Shown here: positions 1 to 10,523 of the stretch, in pieces
Position numbering within the stretch: the first letter of the stretch is position 1
Layout: each line of letters starts with the position of its first letter
Virus record (IMG/VR): IMGVR_UViG_3300043429_000130
Span: 32,001 to 96,000 of that record
DNA length: 64,000 nucleotides
DNA from: a virus
Strand: one strand, 5' to 3'
Translations under genes and position numbers: made by a program
The notes under the pieces: model-generated
Database searches by the model: none
Told to the model about the DNA's origin: nothing
Seen by the model: only the letters and a program-made list of their open reading frames with translations

Positions 1-3000
1 ATATAGGACCACCTTGTTTTTTAATATACATATTGCCTGCTCCATAACCATCTGGTAATTTATTATTAAGAGAAAGGTTTAAAAGATACTTAGTCTTTTG
101 TTCAGGACTTATAAAAGGTGTAGATCCTACAGCTGCACCTACCATGTTATTAAAAGCATCTTCTGCAGATTCTCTTAGTTTAACTCCCCAAGGTCTAGTA
201 TCACTACCTTTCATTAATGTAGAAAGTTCATGGCCTGCTCCTAATGCATTTGCACCTAAGAATCCTGCAACTTGTGATAATATAGGTATATTTCCAAGTT
301 TATCTTGTATTGCTTCTGACGTATATCTACCAGCCATTGGATGTCTAAAGTTATCTAAAGGATCATCCTTTGGACCAAAGTATTCTTTAGATGCACTTAT
401 ACCATCTTTAACTGCTTTAGCCATAGGTCTACCAAGCCAACGATCTAAAGACTTTTCATAATCACGTAATGTATTACTAATACTATTTACTGATGTGTTA
501 GGTTTCTTACCTGCTACTTTACCAGCCAGTTGCATTTTTGGTAGATTAAACACCCCACCATTAGCAAACTCTTCTTTAGGCATAGGAGCTCTATATGTAC
601 TATCCATATACCTCATGAACTCTGGGTTACGCTTAAGCACATTATCTCTAATGTCAATAACCTGTTTACCATAAAGAGGATTCTTTCTTAGATCAATACC
701 TCCTTTAGGAACCTCTACTCCATATATCTTCTTCATCTTGAAGCCATGATAATCTGCCTCTGTAGAAGGAAATACTTTACCTAAACCATTATATACCTGT
801 AGACGTGTAGCTTCATCTTTAATCTTTAGTCTATCCGCATCTTTCATTTTAGAGTTGTAAGCACTAATGAAACTTTGGTAAGCATCTTCTTCTGGATTAT
901 CACTATGTACACCTTTTGTATGCCCTATATTATAATCTGTTTTTCCCCACTTAGTTTCTTGAAAACCCATAGCTGCAAGATTCATCATATCATTATAAGA
1001 CATGTTTTTTCTTTTAGCTTCTGTCAATAACTTACCTAAATCTTCAGAATCATAATCACCACTAACTAAATCTGAGTTAGGTCTAAGCGGTTTACCAGTA
1101 GTCATCATGACTTTTCTAGGGTCACGTATGCTTAATCTTTTAGGAGCTGAGGCAGGTGTTCTAACAATCTTAGGTTCATTAAAACCAAAAAACTCTTTAG
1201 CTTTTGCAGCCATAGTTGCCATAGCAGCTATAGTAGTAGGGTTTACAAAAGTTCCCCACTGAGCTTGAGGTAGATCATACTCACCACCTTCTTCTTTATA
1301 TACATTAAACAAGAAGTTTCTCATGCCATTCCATCCACCCATCTTAGGAGCTAGCTCAGACTGCATTCGTTGTAAATCATAATATCTAGGATCTACACCA
1401 AGTTTTTCTTGAGCAAGTTTAGAACCCATAGGGGTACTTAATCTCTGCTTTAATTTACTAGCAATAATATACTTTTGTTCAGGACTATATCCAGACGTAT
1501 CATCTGCTACAAATACATTAGGGTTCTGTTGAAAAAACTGTTTAGACGCTGCCATAGCTGCTTTCTTATCAGCTTTATCTAAAGGACTCTGCATCCAGTC
1601 ATAGTCAAAAGTTAACTGACCTGCAGCTTGTGCGGCATATTGTTTAGCATTTTCTTTATCCATAGCAGCCACCTGCTTAGCCCATGCATTCATATCTGCA
1701 TTAGCAGCTTTATTAGCAGCCGCAGCTTCTCTACCTCTAACTACCTCAGCTTTACATTTACCTGTTACAGGATCTTTTTCTTGATCAGGACAATCATAGA
1801 ATCCACCTACGTCATACTTGTTAACACTACCTCCACACTCATAGCATGGTTCACCACCATATCTTTTTTCTTTTTGACCGGCTATATTCATACCAGCATT
1901 GTATGCAGCATTACTTAGAATAAAAGGTATACGTGGATTTTCACTATATCTATTACGTCCAAAAAAAGCTTTAGCTCTTTGCCCAGCATAGTCACCAATA
2001 ATTTGAGGAACTCTAGATAAAGGATTACCTTTTACCATATAAATACTAGGTTGTTCATAAAGCCCACTAATAAATCTTCCAACATTTTCATCTGCTATTC
2101 TAGTCATTGGAAAATTTAAACCTGTTTTTTTATTAACTTCCAGTATAGGATTATCTAATGTAGGTTTATAATTATCTAAAAACTGTCTTAAAGAACCTTT
2201 GATAGTATTATCATTTTGAGCAGCATATGGTAAATCAAGTATAAGTTGTTGAGTTATACCATCTTTTTCTAATTGAGCAGCTCTTTGTAAAGATTCAGGA
2301 TTTCCTGTTTGTTTTAAAAGGCTAATACGATTTTGTAATTCTTGAGTATACTTAGGTGCATTAGGTAAAATACTTTCTATGTTTTCTGGCAAAGCATTAC
2401 TAATTCTTTTTCCTTTATTACCTGCCCAGTTTAACGGTTGAGTTTTTCCTGGATTAACTGCAGTAAATCCTTTACTTCTAGCAGCTTGTGTCCAAAATAA
2501 TGGAGCTGAATTTTTACTCATACTTCCATCAAAAGTAAATGCTCCTTTAGGTAGTGCAGCCATTTCTTGAGACATCATTTTAGCCACATCATCAGCAGGT
2601 ATATTAAAATATGAGTGACCAGTTACATCACCTTTTAAATAACCTAAATCAATAGCTCCAGCATTAAGTGCATTTTTTACTCTACCTACCTTACTAGTCA
2701 TTCCTGCTGTACCCTTATAAGCTGTAGTAGCTCCTCTTAATCCTCTAGAAAGTAGGTTAGTTCCTTGAACAGCTTCTGCTGCAAAAGGCATTGCTCCTAA
2801 AGCATGCATTCCTGTATTTAAAAAATCCATTCCACTTAAACTAAGTGGATCAGTAACTCCTCTATATATTATATCACCAGCACCTTTACCAAACTCTTTT
2901 GCTTCATTCACATAGAAAAAAGGATTAACCATATTAGCAGCTATATCTAAAGAGTTCTTTTTTCCTAACTCAAAATTATCTGGTATATCTCTACCTTGAG

Positions 3001-3328
3001 CTTTATAAGCTAAAGCTGTCATTGGGTTAGTAGCAATAGCCCAAGCTTTAGAAGCCATAGATTTTGGAGCAGGAGCTTGTCTAATATATCCCTGTCTATC
3101 TCTAGCAGCTTGATCAGCAGCACGTTTAGCTAAAACTTGTTTAGCTGCAGCGTCCTTTACCATTTGTGATCTAACAACAGCAGGATTAGGTATGTTATCA
3201 TACACAGGTTTTTCACTAACTGGAGGTTTAAACATCACTACACCAGCTTTTTGCATCTTCTGCAGGCCAGGAAGAATTTTATGTTCTACATTAGGCTGGC
3301 TCATTAAATATTGAAGTAACTTATTCAT
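1..3328 (-). CDS. Large virion cargo/ejection-type polyprotein, partial (>1100 aa, runs off the left edge)
   Basis: Manual translation from ATG at 3328 (MNKLLQYLMSQPNVEHKILPG...) stays open to position 1 (...NMYIKKQGGPI). It is absent from the ORF track because no stop lies in the window. It follows the muzzle gene, where crAss-like phages place cargo proteins. Confidence 0.8.
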   Translation of the reverse strand, partial: MNKLLQYLMSQPNVEHKILPGLQKMQKAGVVMFKPPVSEKPVYDNIPNPAVVRSQMVKDAAAKQVLAKRAADQAARDRQGYIRQAPAPKSMASKAWAIATNPMTALAYKAQGRDIPDNFELGKKNSLDIAANMVNPFFYVNEAKEFGKGAGDIIYRGVTDPLSLSGMDFLNTGMHALGAMPFAAEAVQGTNLLSRGLRGATTAYKGTAGMTSKVGRVKNALNAGAIDLGYLKGDVTGHSYFNIPADDVAKMMSQEMAALPKGAFTFDGSMSKNSAPLFWTQAARSKGFTAVNPGKTQPLNWAGNKGKRISNALPENIESILPNAPKYTQELQNRISLLKQTGNPESLQRAAQLEKDGITQQLILDLPYAAQNDNTIKGSLRQFLDNYKPTLDNPILEVNKKTGLNFPMTRIADENVGRFISGLYEQPSIYMVKGNPLSRVPQIIGDYAGQRAKAFFGRNRYSENPRIPFILSNAAYNAGMNIAGQKEKRYGGEPCYECGGSVNKYDVGGFYDCPDQEKDPVTGKCKAEVVRGREAAAANKAANADMNAWAKQVAAMDKENAKQYAAQAAGQLTFDYDWMQSPLDKADKKAAMAASKQFFQQNPNVFVADDTSGYSPEQKYIIASKLKQRLSTPMGSKLAQEKLGVDPRYYDLQRMQSELAPKMGGWNGMRNFLFNVYKEEGGEYDLPQAQWGTFVNPTTIAAMATMAAKAKEFFGFNEPKIVRTPASAPKRLSIRDPRKVMMTTGKPLRPNSDLVSGDYDSEDLGKLLTEAKRKNMSYNDMMNLAAMGFQETKWGKTDYNIGHTKGVHSDNPEEDAYQSFISAYNSKMKDADRLKIKDEATRLQVYNGLGKVFPSTEADYHGFKMKKIYGVEVPKGGIDLRKNPLYGKQVIDIRDNVLKRNPEFMRYMDSTYRAPMPKEEFANGGVFNLPKMQLAGKVAGKKPNTSVNSISNTLRDYEKSLDRWLGRPMAKAVKDGISASKEYFGPKDDPLDNFRHPMAGRYTSEAIQDKLGNIPILSQVAGFLGANALGAGHELSTLMKGSDTRPWGVKLRESAEDAFNNMVGAAVGSTPFISPEQKTKYLLNLSLNNKLPDGYGAGNMYIKKQGGPI

Positions 3329-6300
3329 TATCTATGGGACTGTGTTAACTTTTGGTTAGATATTTTAAATAGCATCTTTAGATCTCCACTCTTTGTTTTT
3401 CTTAACCATACTTTGTTTACATTGTGTCTAAACCTCTTACGTTCTAAAGCTGCCTTGGTATAATCAATATACTGAGAATTAATATCATACTGATATCCGT
3501 TAGCCTTAGTATTAAACATAGGTACATTAACAGTACTAAATTCTCCACGATTTTTAGTAATATCCCAGAACTGATTAAATCTATACTTGTTCTCTTCTTT
3601 AGAGAATAAAATTTTTATAGAATTAGTTTGTATCTGAGGATAAGATAAAGCTGCTACAGGATTGTTCTTAGGCTTTAAGTTTAACTCTAGTAATCCAGAT
3701 ATCTGCTCTGAGTTAGAAATAACAGCTTGATCAAAGTTTTCATCTAATACATGAAACTTATCAGCACAATTATTGTGTGTCTTGTATACCTCTAGCAAGT
3801 ATTCAATATTTCTTACAGAGTTAACCTGTTGGCCAGTAGCAGAAATAAACTCCACCTCAAAAGGATAATCTTTACCATAGAAGTTTGCATAAGAGTCACA
3901 ACGTACATTATGCTTCCATATAGAATTTGTATCCACACTCATGAAGTGAGCTTTACCTGGAATGGTAAACGTAGGCTTCCAATCATGGAATGATAACCAT
4001 GTTTGACTCTTAGGATCATAGCTAATAGTCCATGATGCATCTTCAAATGCTAAGGTATTAGTAAGATCATAATATGTCTTAATACCTGAAACTGTTCTAT
4101 AAAATCTACCATCAGCGTCATAAGCCATATCATTAAACAAAGGCTTATAGTCTTTCTTAGTGATATAGATTATCTCATTAGTATTATCATAGGTCATTTG
4201 TACACCTACACCTTTTACAGGGTTATCGTACAAAGGATAGTTAGGATACTTAGCTAGTAGTTCAGAAGGTAGGTATTTAGCAAACCACCATTTCATACCT
4301 TCTCTAGAAATCTCTTTAAGCTGCCCAGCATACTGAAACACCTTACCTTGGTTCTGAGAAACCCAGAATACACCATGAGTACATCCTAGGTTAGCAAACT
4401 TATTCTGACAAGAACCATACTCAAATGATTCATCAGCATTTACTAAAGCTTGAAGTTGTTGAGGACCGCTAAATAATGCTCCATCACCAATAGTAATCTT
4501 AGCACCAGTACCATCTAACTTAAGTTCCTCAACACCCATGAACTGCATAGGACTTTGATAAGCCATCATAAATAACGCACCAGTCTTATTAATAGACTTG
4601 ATTGCTGTTACACGACTACCAAATGTCTTATAGTTGTTAGCTAAGTAAACTCTCCAGTTATCTTTCTTACTCTCATCTTGTTGTGGAAGAGAATAAACAA
4701 CTCTATTAGGATAGTAACTATAACAAGATTCTACTTTCTTAGGATCAAAATCTCTGTCAAGCATGTTGCCCCAAGTGATCTGAGAGTTAAATAACTTAGA
4801 TACACTTAGTGAGTAATCATATTTATAGTAGTTAGGTTCTTTAATAATGTCTGATCTAAACATATTACTTAGATCAGTTAGTCCGTTATAATCATAATGA
4901 CGTTTATCAATACGATCTTCCCAATCTCTGTATGCTACGTTAACCTCAGATTCTACAAAGAAGTCACGTACACCAGAGTTAAATAAATAAAAGTACCCTC
5001 TACTAATATGAAATGCACTAGATACTCTATGATCTAATGATCTAAATTGACTAGCTAGCTTAAATAAACCACCAGATAAATTAGTATTGTTTACCCAAAA
5101 TCTTGGATAAGGCATACTAAAATACATAGTGTAATCTAATTCAGCACCGTTAGGTTCACCATATAACCATGTGTTAAAGAACAACATGCTATTCTTTTCA
5201 GTGAATCTATTTATGTAAACATCACCATTAAAGTAAACATTAGATGTAAACTTACTAGCAGTAGATGTAGATATATCTTCTATACATAAAGAAATAGGTA
5301 GCTGCTTTAAACTATCCAATTGACCATATTGAGATGGTAAAGGAATTTTTAAAGCACCATAGTGTCCAGATATTGGAGTTTGATAAGTAGAGTATAGGTT
5401 AGCATTCTTTTCACTAATTAAATATCTACTTGTATCTTGGACAGTTGGATCACTTATATCAGCATGAGTTTTGATTACTACAAACTTACCACGATTAAAG
5501 TTATTAATCATGTAGTTCTGAGTATCTGCAAAGAATGACTGAACATCAGATCCAACATAACTAGATTCTATTAACTTTCTTCTTCTGTTTCCTTCTGGTG
5601 TAACTTTAGATTTATTATAATAACCATGAGAAACATACTGAGCAGCATATTGTCTATATGGAATAACAGCTAATACTAACTTCATTAGTTGTTCAGAAGT
5701 AACATCTGTCATGATAACAGACATAGCTCCTAATACAAGAATATTAGCTGCTGTAATAGCTGAGTTACCTACAGTTCTTTTTCCTGCTGCTCCAATAGGT
5801 CCTACTTCAGGAACACCTGTTGTGCTAAAATAACCATTGGTTACACCAACAAATGTACCCATAAGTGCTTCAGCTCTATGCGGAGCTAATAAACTTTGAG
5901 TAACGTTTACATCACCATCTGCTTGAAGATTTAATGTAGCATCAGCACCTGCAACTGCTCCAATTACTTTTGAAATCTGAGATACAGCTGCTAATACGTT
6001 TGTTATTAGATCTGTAAAGTTTGTAGGAAGTTTAAACTTAGGATGCTTATATGGAGTTTCAAACCTACCATTAGCTTCACCATAAAGCTCTTGGTATATT
6101 TTTAATTCATTACTATTTAAAAAAGGAGTACTAAATGTTACATCTGGTCCATGAAAAGATAATACATCTTTCTTATATTTTGATAGTTTAGATGATGTAG
6201 GATTAGGTCCACCATTATCACCACGTTGTTCATCAGGAGTTAAATAACTATCTTGTCTTAAGTCATTAAATGGATAGTTCTGGTATAGACCAGTTACGTT

Positions 6301-7947
6301 AGTCTGATTAGGAACAGAGTATTCTCTCATGTTATTAATCAAACCTTTACTTATAATAGTTTTATGTCCTTCTCTTGATGCACGTAATACTTCATATCCT
6401 ACAATAGATGTAATAACGTTTCCGTTAATATCTACAGGTTTTGTAATGTTCTGAAACTCAACACCTAGTATAATAATTTTATTACCATCATTTGTAAAGT
6501 GGTTAACAACATCACCACCAGGAATTGTAACATCAGGAAACTTATGGTGTCTAATAGGTTGACCACAAAGGCTTCCCCATATGTCTACTCTATTAGAAGG
6601 ATATAATTCTGTAGATTCCCAGTAACCCATTTTACCTTTACCTACAACACGTCCACCATCTGCTAAAACAGAAGGAACAACTGACTCTACAGTAGCCGTA
6701 TTACTTGTTTGCCATTTCTCTACTTGAATACCTTCTATAGTTTCAAATGCATCTGTACCATTAGCTAAAGCTGTGTCTGTAGATAAAGGTGCTCTACCTG
6801 GAATATGATATGATTCAGAACGTTCTCCTGTATTATATACCCATCTAATAAAAAATGCATATTGCTCATCTCTCATGTATCCAGTGTTATTACCACCTTT
6901 TACATAATAGTTACTAGGATATTCTACAGCAACCCATCTAGCTTCAATATTATTAGCTTGTAGTTGGTAGTTAAACTTAGTCTTACTGTATGTACCTACA
7001 CGTAACATGTAATTGTTTACTGTATAGATAGCATCAGATTTTTCAATAGGTTCAGTTCTTACAACAATCTGAGAAATAGGTACAGTCTCAAAATCATTAC
7101 TAAGAGCATCTAAGTAAATAGTTCCTTGGTTAGTAGAATAGTAGCCCACTCTACGTGCAATTGTTTGACCATTAATCTGAGCTAGTATAACTAATTCAAA
7201 TTCTTCAAAGTCCTCGTCAACTGCTGTAATTTTTACTTCTAAAGAAGAACTAACGTTTTGATGAGTAAATAATGACTGTACCTCAGATAGTCCAAGATAG
7301 TCTGTCACTTTAACTTTATTGATTGTATATGCAATAGCTACTTGATACGATCCATTAGGAAGAGTACCACTAGCTTTACCTTTTTCTAGAACAATGCAAG
7401 GATGCTTAATAAGAGATGTTAAACGGATCTCTTCACAGTCAAGGTCTGTTGTATAAACTCTAGTTACACAACCATTAGATATATTCTCAGTGTATTTAAA
7501 TGGAGGATTATCTAAATCCATAAATCTGTCTGGGTTCAATCCATCAGACCAATAAACTGGACGTTCACAGTCATAGCGTCTACGGCTAGTTCCTGTAATT
7601 ATATTAGAACGCTTAAAGTTTAAACACTTAGCGTTTACTTTCTTTGTATAAGAACATGCTGACTCATCAAAGACACCAATCTCAGAATCTACATCATTTG
7701 TTGTAAAGATAGCCCAAGTATCATCAGTAAGATGAATACAGCCAATCATGGTATAAGGAAGAGTTACACAATGTAAGTTAGATGGTTCATTACCTATAAC
7801 ACCAATCTGACCATCATGTGAGTTGTTTACAGCATTACGGGCATGTGTCCACAATCCCTCTCCAACGAAGGTCTCATTGTAATCCTTAACCATCCCCTTA
7901 TTAAAAAGGTTAGTGGTAGATGTAGGGTTCTGTGTATTTTCAGCCAT
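3328..7947 (-). CDS. Tail stabilisation / muzzle protein (crAss-like Tstab, P22 gp10-like)
   Basis: 1539 aa, beta-rich. N-terminus NLFNKGMVKD...WTHARNAVNN, segment YMRDEQYAFFIRW and late WTISYDPKSQTWLSFHDW resemble crAss-like Tstab. Position is after the tail ring genes. Confidence 0.75.
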   Translation of the reverse strand: MAENTQNPTSTTNLFNKGMVKDYNETFVGEGLWTHARNAVNNSHDGQIGVIGNEPSNLHCVTLPYTMIGCIHLTDDTWAIFTTNDVDSEIGVFDESACSYTKKVNAKCLNFKRSNIITGTSRRRYDCERPVYWSDGLNPDRFMDLDNPPFKYTENISNGCVTRVYTTDLDCEEIRLTSLIKHPCIVLEKGKASGTLPNGSYQVAIAYTINKVKVTDYLGLSEVQSLFTHQNVSSSLEVKITAVDEDFEEFELVILAQINGQTIARRVGYYSTNQGTIYLDALSNDFETVPISQIVVRTEPIEKSDAIYTVNNYMLRVGTYSKTKFNYQLQANNIEARWVAVEYPSNYYVKGGNNTGYMRDEQYAFFIRWVYNTGERSESYHIPGRAPLSTDTALANGTDAFETIEGIQVEKWQTSNTATVESVVPSVLADGGRVVGKGKMGYWESTELYPSNRVDIWGSLCGQPIRHHKFPDVTIPGGDVVNHFTNDGNKIIILGVEFQNITKPVDINGNVITSIVGYEVLRASREGHKTIISKGLINNMREYSVPNQTNVTGLYQNYPFNDLRQDSYLTPDEQRGDNGGPNPTSSKLSKYKKDVLSFHGPDVTFSTPFLNSNELKIYQELYGEANGRFETPYKHPKFKLPTNFTDLITNVLAAVSQISKVIGAVAGADATLNLQADGDVNVTQSLLAPHRAEALMGTFVGVTNGYFSTTGVPEVGPIGAAGKRTVGNSAITAANILVLGAMSVIMTDVTSEQLMKLVLAVIPYRQYAAQYVSHGYYNKSKVTPEGNRRRKLIESSYVGSDVQSFFADTQNYMINNFNRGKFVVIKTHADISDPTVQDTSRYLISEKNANLYSTYQTPISGHYGALKIPLPSQYGQLDSLKQLPISLCIEDISTSTASKFTSNVYFNGDVYINRFTEKNSMLFFNTWLYGEPNGAELDYTMYFSMPYPRFWVNNTNLSGGLFKLASQFRSLDHRVSSAFHISRGYFYLFNSGVRDFFVESEVNVAYRDWEDRIDKRHYDYNGLTDLSNMFRSDIIKEPNYYKYDYSLSVSKLFNSQITWGNMLDRDFDPKKVESCYSYYPNRVVYSLPQQDESKKDNWRVYLANNYKTFGSRVTAIKSINKTGALFMMAYQSPMQFMGVEELKLDGTGAKITIGDGALFSGPQQLQALVNADESFEYGSCQNKFANLGCTHGVFWVSQNQGKVFQYAGQLKEISREGMKWWFAKYLPSELLAKYPNYPLYDNPVKGVGVQMTYDNTNEIIYITKKDYKPLFNDMAYDADGRFYRTVSGIKTYYDLTNTLAFEDASWTISYDPKSQTWLSFHDWKPTFTIPGKAHFMSVDTNSIWKHNVRCDSYANFYGKDYPFEVEFISATGQQVNSVRNIEYLLEVYKTHNNCADKFHVLDENFDQAVISNSEQISGLLELNLKPKNNPVAALSYPQIQTNSIKILFSKEENKYRFNQFWDITKNRGEFSTVNVPMFNTKANGYQYDINSQYIDYTKAALERKRFRHNVNKVWLRKTKSGDLKMLFKISNQKLTQSHR

Positions 7948-8299
7948 GTTTTATTACTAACTTCTTCTTGTCCAAAAATTTATATATCTCTCCAGAAAGA
8001 TGACCAACTAACCAAGCTTGTGCCTCTTCATCTGTTATATCTCTATCTTCTGTTATTCTTACTACAGCATGATAAAGTTCATGGGCAATTGTATTATGAG
8101 TTAAGAACTGATCTCCTAGCAAAAGATAATAGCTATCTATATCTGGCATTACTAGTGCACCTTCAGCCTCTCCTCCAAACTCTTCTTTTATCTTATATCT
8201 TTTATAAAGTTTCTCTGCAGCTACAGATACACTTTCTACCACTACTACTATGAGTTTACAACTATACGTTGGTAATTTTATAGTAGTACTTATCTTCAT
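7940..8299 (-). CDS. Small zincin-like metalloprotease
   Basis: HExxH motif (IAHELYHAV) plus downstream DEEAQAW glutamate; 119 aa. Confidence 0.65.
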   Translation of the reverse strand: MKISTTIKLPTYSCKLIVVVVESVSVAAEKLYKRYKIKEEFGGEAEGALVMPDIDSYYLLLGDQFLTHNTIAHELYHAVVRITEDRDITDEEAQAWLVGHLSGEIYKFLDKKKLVIKHG

Positions 8300-8302
8300 A
8301 CA

Positions 8303-9196
8303 CTATACACCATCTGTGCTTTTAAACATGTCATAATAACGGTTATATTGAGCTTTACGGTTCATCTGCCATACTTTATACATTTCTGCAAAGTCTGGAG
8401 TGTTAACAATACTAAGTGCGTTATTACGAGCACCTCTTAAACGCTGCTCAATAAGCTGCATTTTTTGGCTAACATCTTCTCCGTTAATATATAAGTTTTC
8501 TAGAATACGCTGCTTCATAGCATACTCATAGTACTCATTAATCACAGGATGGTCAAGTACCAATAAGTTACCATCATGATCTTCAAGAGCACCTTGGTAA
8601 GAAATAAATACAGATCCTTCTTCTAGATTAGTATAGATAAATCCGTTTTTAATATAACCAGTTCTCTGAGTATCATTAAGAGCATCTATTCTTCCTGTAG
8701 AAGTAGCAATATCTAACTTGTGTAATGTTTCATAAGTTTTAACCTCATGCTTACGTTTCTCAACTACTTGTACATATACTTTCTCACCGGTCTTACATTC
8801 TACAGCATACGTTCTTTCACATAAACATGTAGTATCTGTACCTCCACATTTGTTACATGTATTTACACCGTTTACAACAGTGCATTTAGAAGGATCTAAT
8901 ATCACATTCTCAGTGTGACGACCAGACATAGAAGGATATGATACCGTATACTTACCACATAAGTAAGCATAGTTAAGTACATAGAAGTCACCAGGTAGTT
9001 TAGCTTTCTTCTTTTCAATATCTACTACCTTTTCTTTAGTACCATGGATTCTAAGACCTAGGTCATAGTTAACTCTTTGAGCCACTTTAATTAGCTGAGC
9101 AGGCTCAATCATACCCTCATTACTGTAGGTGACAAAGTCTGTCTGAACTTCATTAAGAAGCTCATCAAAGGTTCTATATTGTAATTCAGTTTTCAT
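8303..9196 (-). CDS. Tail tubular/ring protein with Cys-rich insertion
   Basis: 297 aa. Position between the IHF-like gene and Tstab matches the crAss-like Ttub/ring slot. Contains YIKNGFIYTNLEEGSVFISYQGA..D.DG.LLV. Confidence 0.6.
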   Translation of the reverse strand: MKTELQYRTFDELLNEVQTDFVTYSNEGMIEPAQLIKVAQRVNYDLGLRIHGTKEKVVDIEKKKAKLPGDFYVLNYAYLCGKYTVSYPSMSGRHTENVILDPSKCTVVNGVNTCNKCGGTDTTCLCERTYAVECKTGEKVYVQVVEKRKHEVKTYETLHKLDIATSTGRIDALNDTQRTGYIKNGFIYTNLEEGSVFISYQGALEDHDGNLLVLDHPVINEYYEYAMKQRILENLYINGEDVSQKMQLIEQRLRGARNNALSIVNTPDFAEMYKVWQMNRKAQYNRYYDMFKSTDGV

Positions 9197-9867
9197 CGTA
9201 ATACATTCTGTTTATCTTGAGAACTATCTGATGGAATCTGCATCATTCCCATAAGATCTTTAAATACGTTACTTTCTATCTCACCAAACAGATAATCTGG
9301 TACATTGAAAGGCTGATCTGTTTTTTGGATACAGCTATCAGCAGCACAAGTAAAAGCTGAAATATCTTCTTCAAAGATTCCTTCTATACGTACAGCATCC
9401 CAATCTAAATCAGGAAAGTATAGATAGTCATTTAGATACCAGAAGTATTTAGATTTGTTATACTTAAAGTTTTTAGATTTAGATAAAGCTAAATATGTAC
9501 CAGGATTAGTTGGTTGAAGTTCTTCTGAACCATCAATAGATGTTGTAGAACGAATAAGTGGGCCATAATAGCCTTGCATAAAAACAGGCATTTTATCTTT
9601 AGTACGTTTAATAGTACAATCAGATTTTAATCCTGTGCAACATGCTTCCACTTTATCTACCTCAACAAGCTCAACAAAGTCTAGGGTTTGTACTACACCA
9701 GAGAAAGAAAGAAGCTGATTTTTACCGTCTTCACGTTTCATCAACCACTTAGCATGCTTTAGGATGAATGCATAAATAGCTCTATCAGTCAAGAAAGCAT
9801 CTTGTCTGACAGCCTTTATCTGTGTACGCATTCTAGAGATTACATCTCCTATAGTAGTTTTAGCCAT
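9193..9867 (-). CDS. Tail ring / structural protein
   Basis: 224 aa. YFWYLNDYLYF..VRIEGIFEE segment and synteny with crAss-like tail ring genes. Confidence 0.55.
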   Translation of the reverse strand: MAKTTIGDVISRMRTQIKAVRQDAFLTDRAIYAFILKHAKWLMKREDGKNQLLSFSGVVQTLDFVELVEVDKVEACCTGLKSDCTIKRTKDKMPVFMQGYYGPLIRSTTSIDGSEELQPTNPGTYLALSKSKNFKYNKSKYFWYLNDYLYFPDLDWDAVRIEGIFEEDISAFTCAADSCIQKTDQPFNVPDYLFGEIESNVFKDLMGMMQIPSDSSQDKQNVLR

Positions 9868-9871
9868 AGCT

Positions 9872-10462
9872 TTAATCTAAATTAAACTCATCATATCCAC
9901 CGTCTTTAATGATCTGTTGAGTTTCTTGTTTCTTAAAATCTTTAAACTTTTCTTTTCTAAAAAGTCTACTAACCCTTACAAGATTATCAACCATCACATA
10001 CTTCTTCCATTCTTGTGGGTAAGTTTGCCCAACCATCCTTTTAAAATCTCTGATCCCAGTAAAGCTCCACATCTCATGATGTTTAAATCTATACTTGGTT
10101 TCAAAGTTTGTATAGAAAATCTTAGCAGCATACTGATCAGATTCCCAGTTTTGATGTTGTATTACTGTACCATACTTTTTACTTTTACTAAAGTCTACGT
10201 TACTCTTTTTACGAGGACATGTCCCTATAAATATGTAACCTAGTTGTTCTGGTAGTTCTACACCATCACGTTCATCTACAACCTTTTCCCATATCTGCCC
10301 ATTAAAAGCATTAATTATACTTTTAAAAGTAGCCATATCCATAGAAGCATACCTTGGATTACTTGCAATAAACTTCTTGTAGAAATCTATATTAGTAAGG
10401 TTTAACTTCTTAGGTCTATATCTTGGAGCATTTAAGTCCGGTTTTTTACATGCTTTTGCCAC
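9872..10462 (-). CDS. IHF/HU-like DNA-binding protein
   Basis: GTG start. FKSIINAFNGQIWEKVV...GVELPEQLGYIFI resembles the HU/IHF helix plus beta-arm. crAss-like phages carry IHF homologues in this slot. Confidence 0.6.
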   Translation of the reverse strand: MAKACKKPDLNAPRYRPKKLNLTNIDFYKKFIASNPRYASMDMATFKSIINAFNGQIWEKVVDERDGVELPEQLGYIFIGTCPRKKSNVDFSKSKKYGTVIQHQNWESDQYAAKIFYTNFETKYRFKHHEMWSFTGIRDFKRMVGQTYPQEWKKYVMVDNLVRVSRLFRKEKFKDFKKQETQQIIKDGGYDEFNLD

Positions 10463-10467
10463 AATGA

Positions 10468-10485
10468 TCTACATTAATAATTTAC
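10468..10485 (-). promoter_or_regulatory. Putative phage late promoter motif GTAAATTATTAATGTAGA
   Basis: One of five similar intergenic copies, all on the minus strand just upstream of gene starts. Confidence 0.55.
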
Positions 10486-10523
10486 GAAAAATCCATGAAG
10501 TTTCCTACTTAAACTTTTATAGT

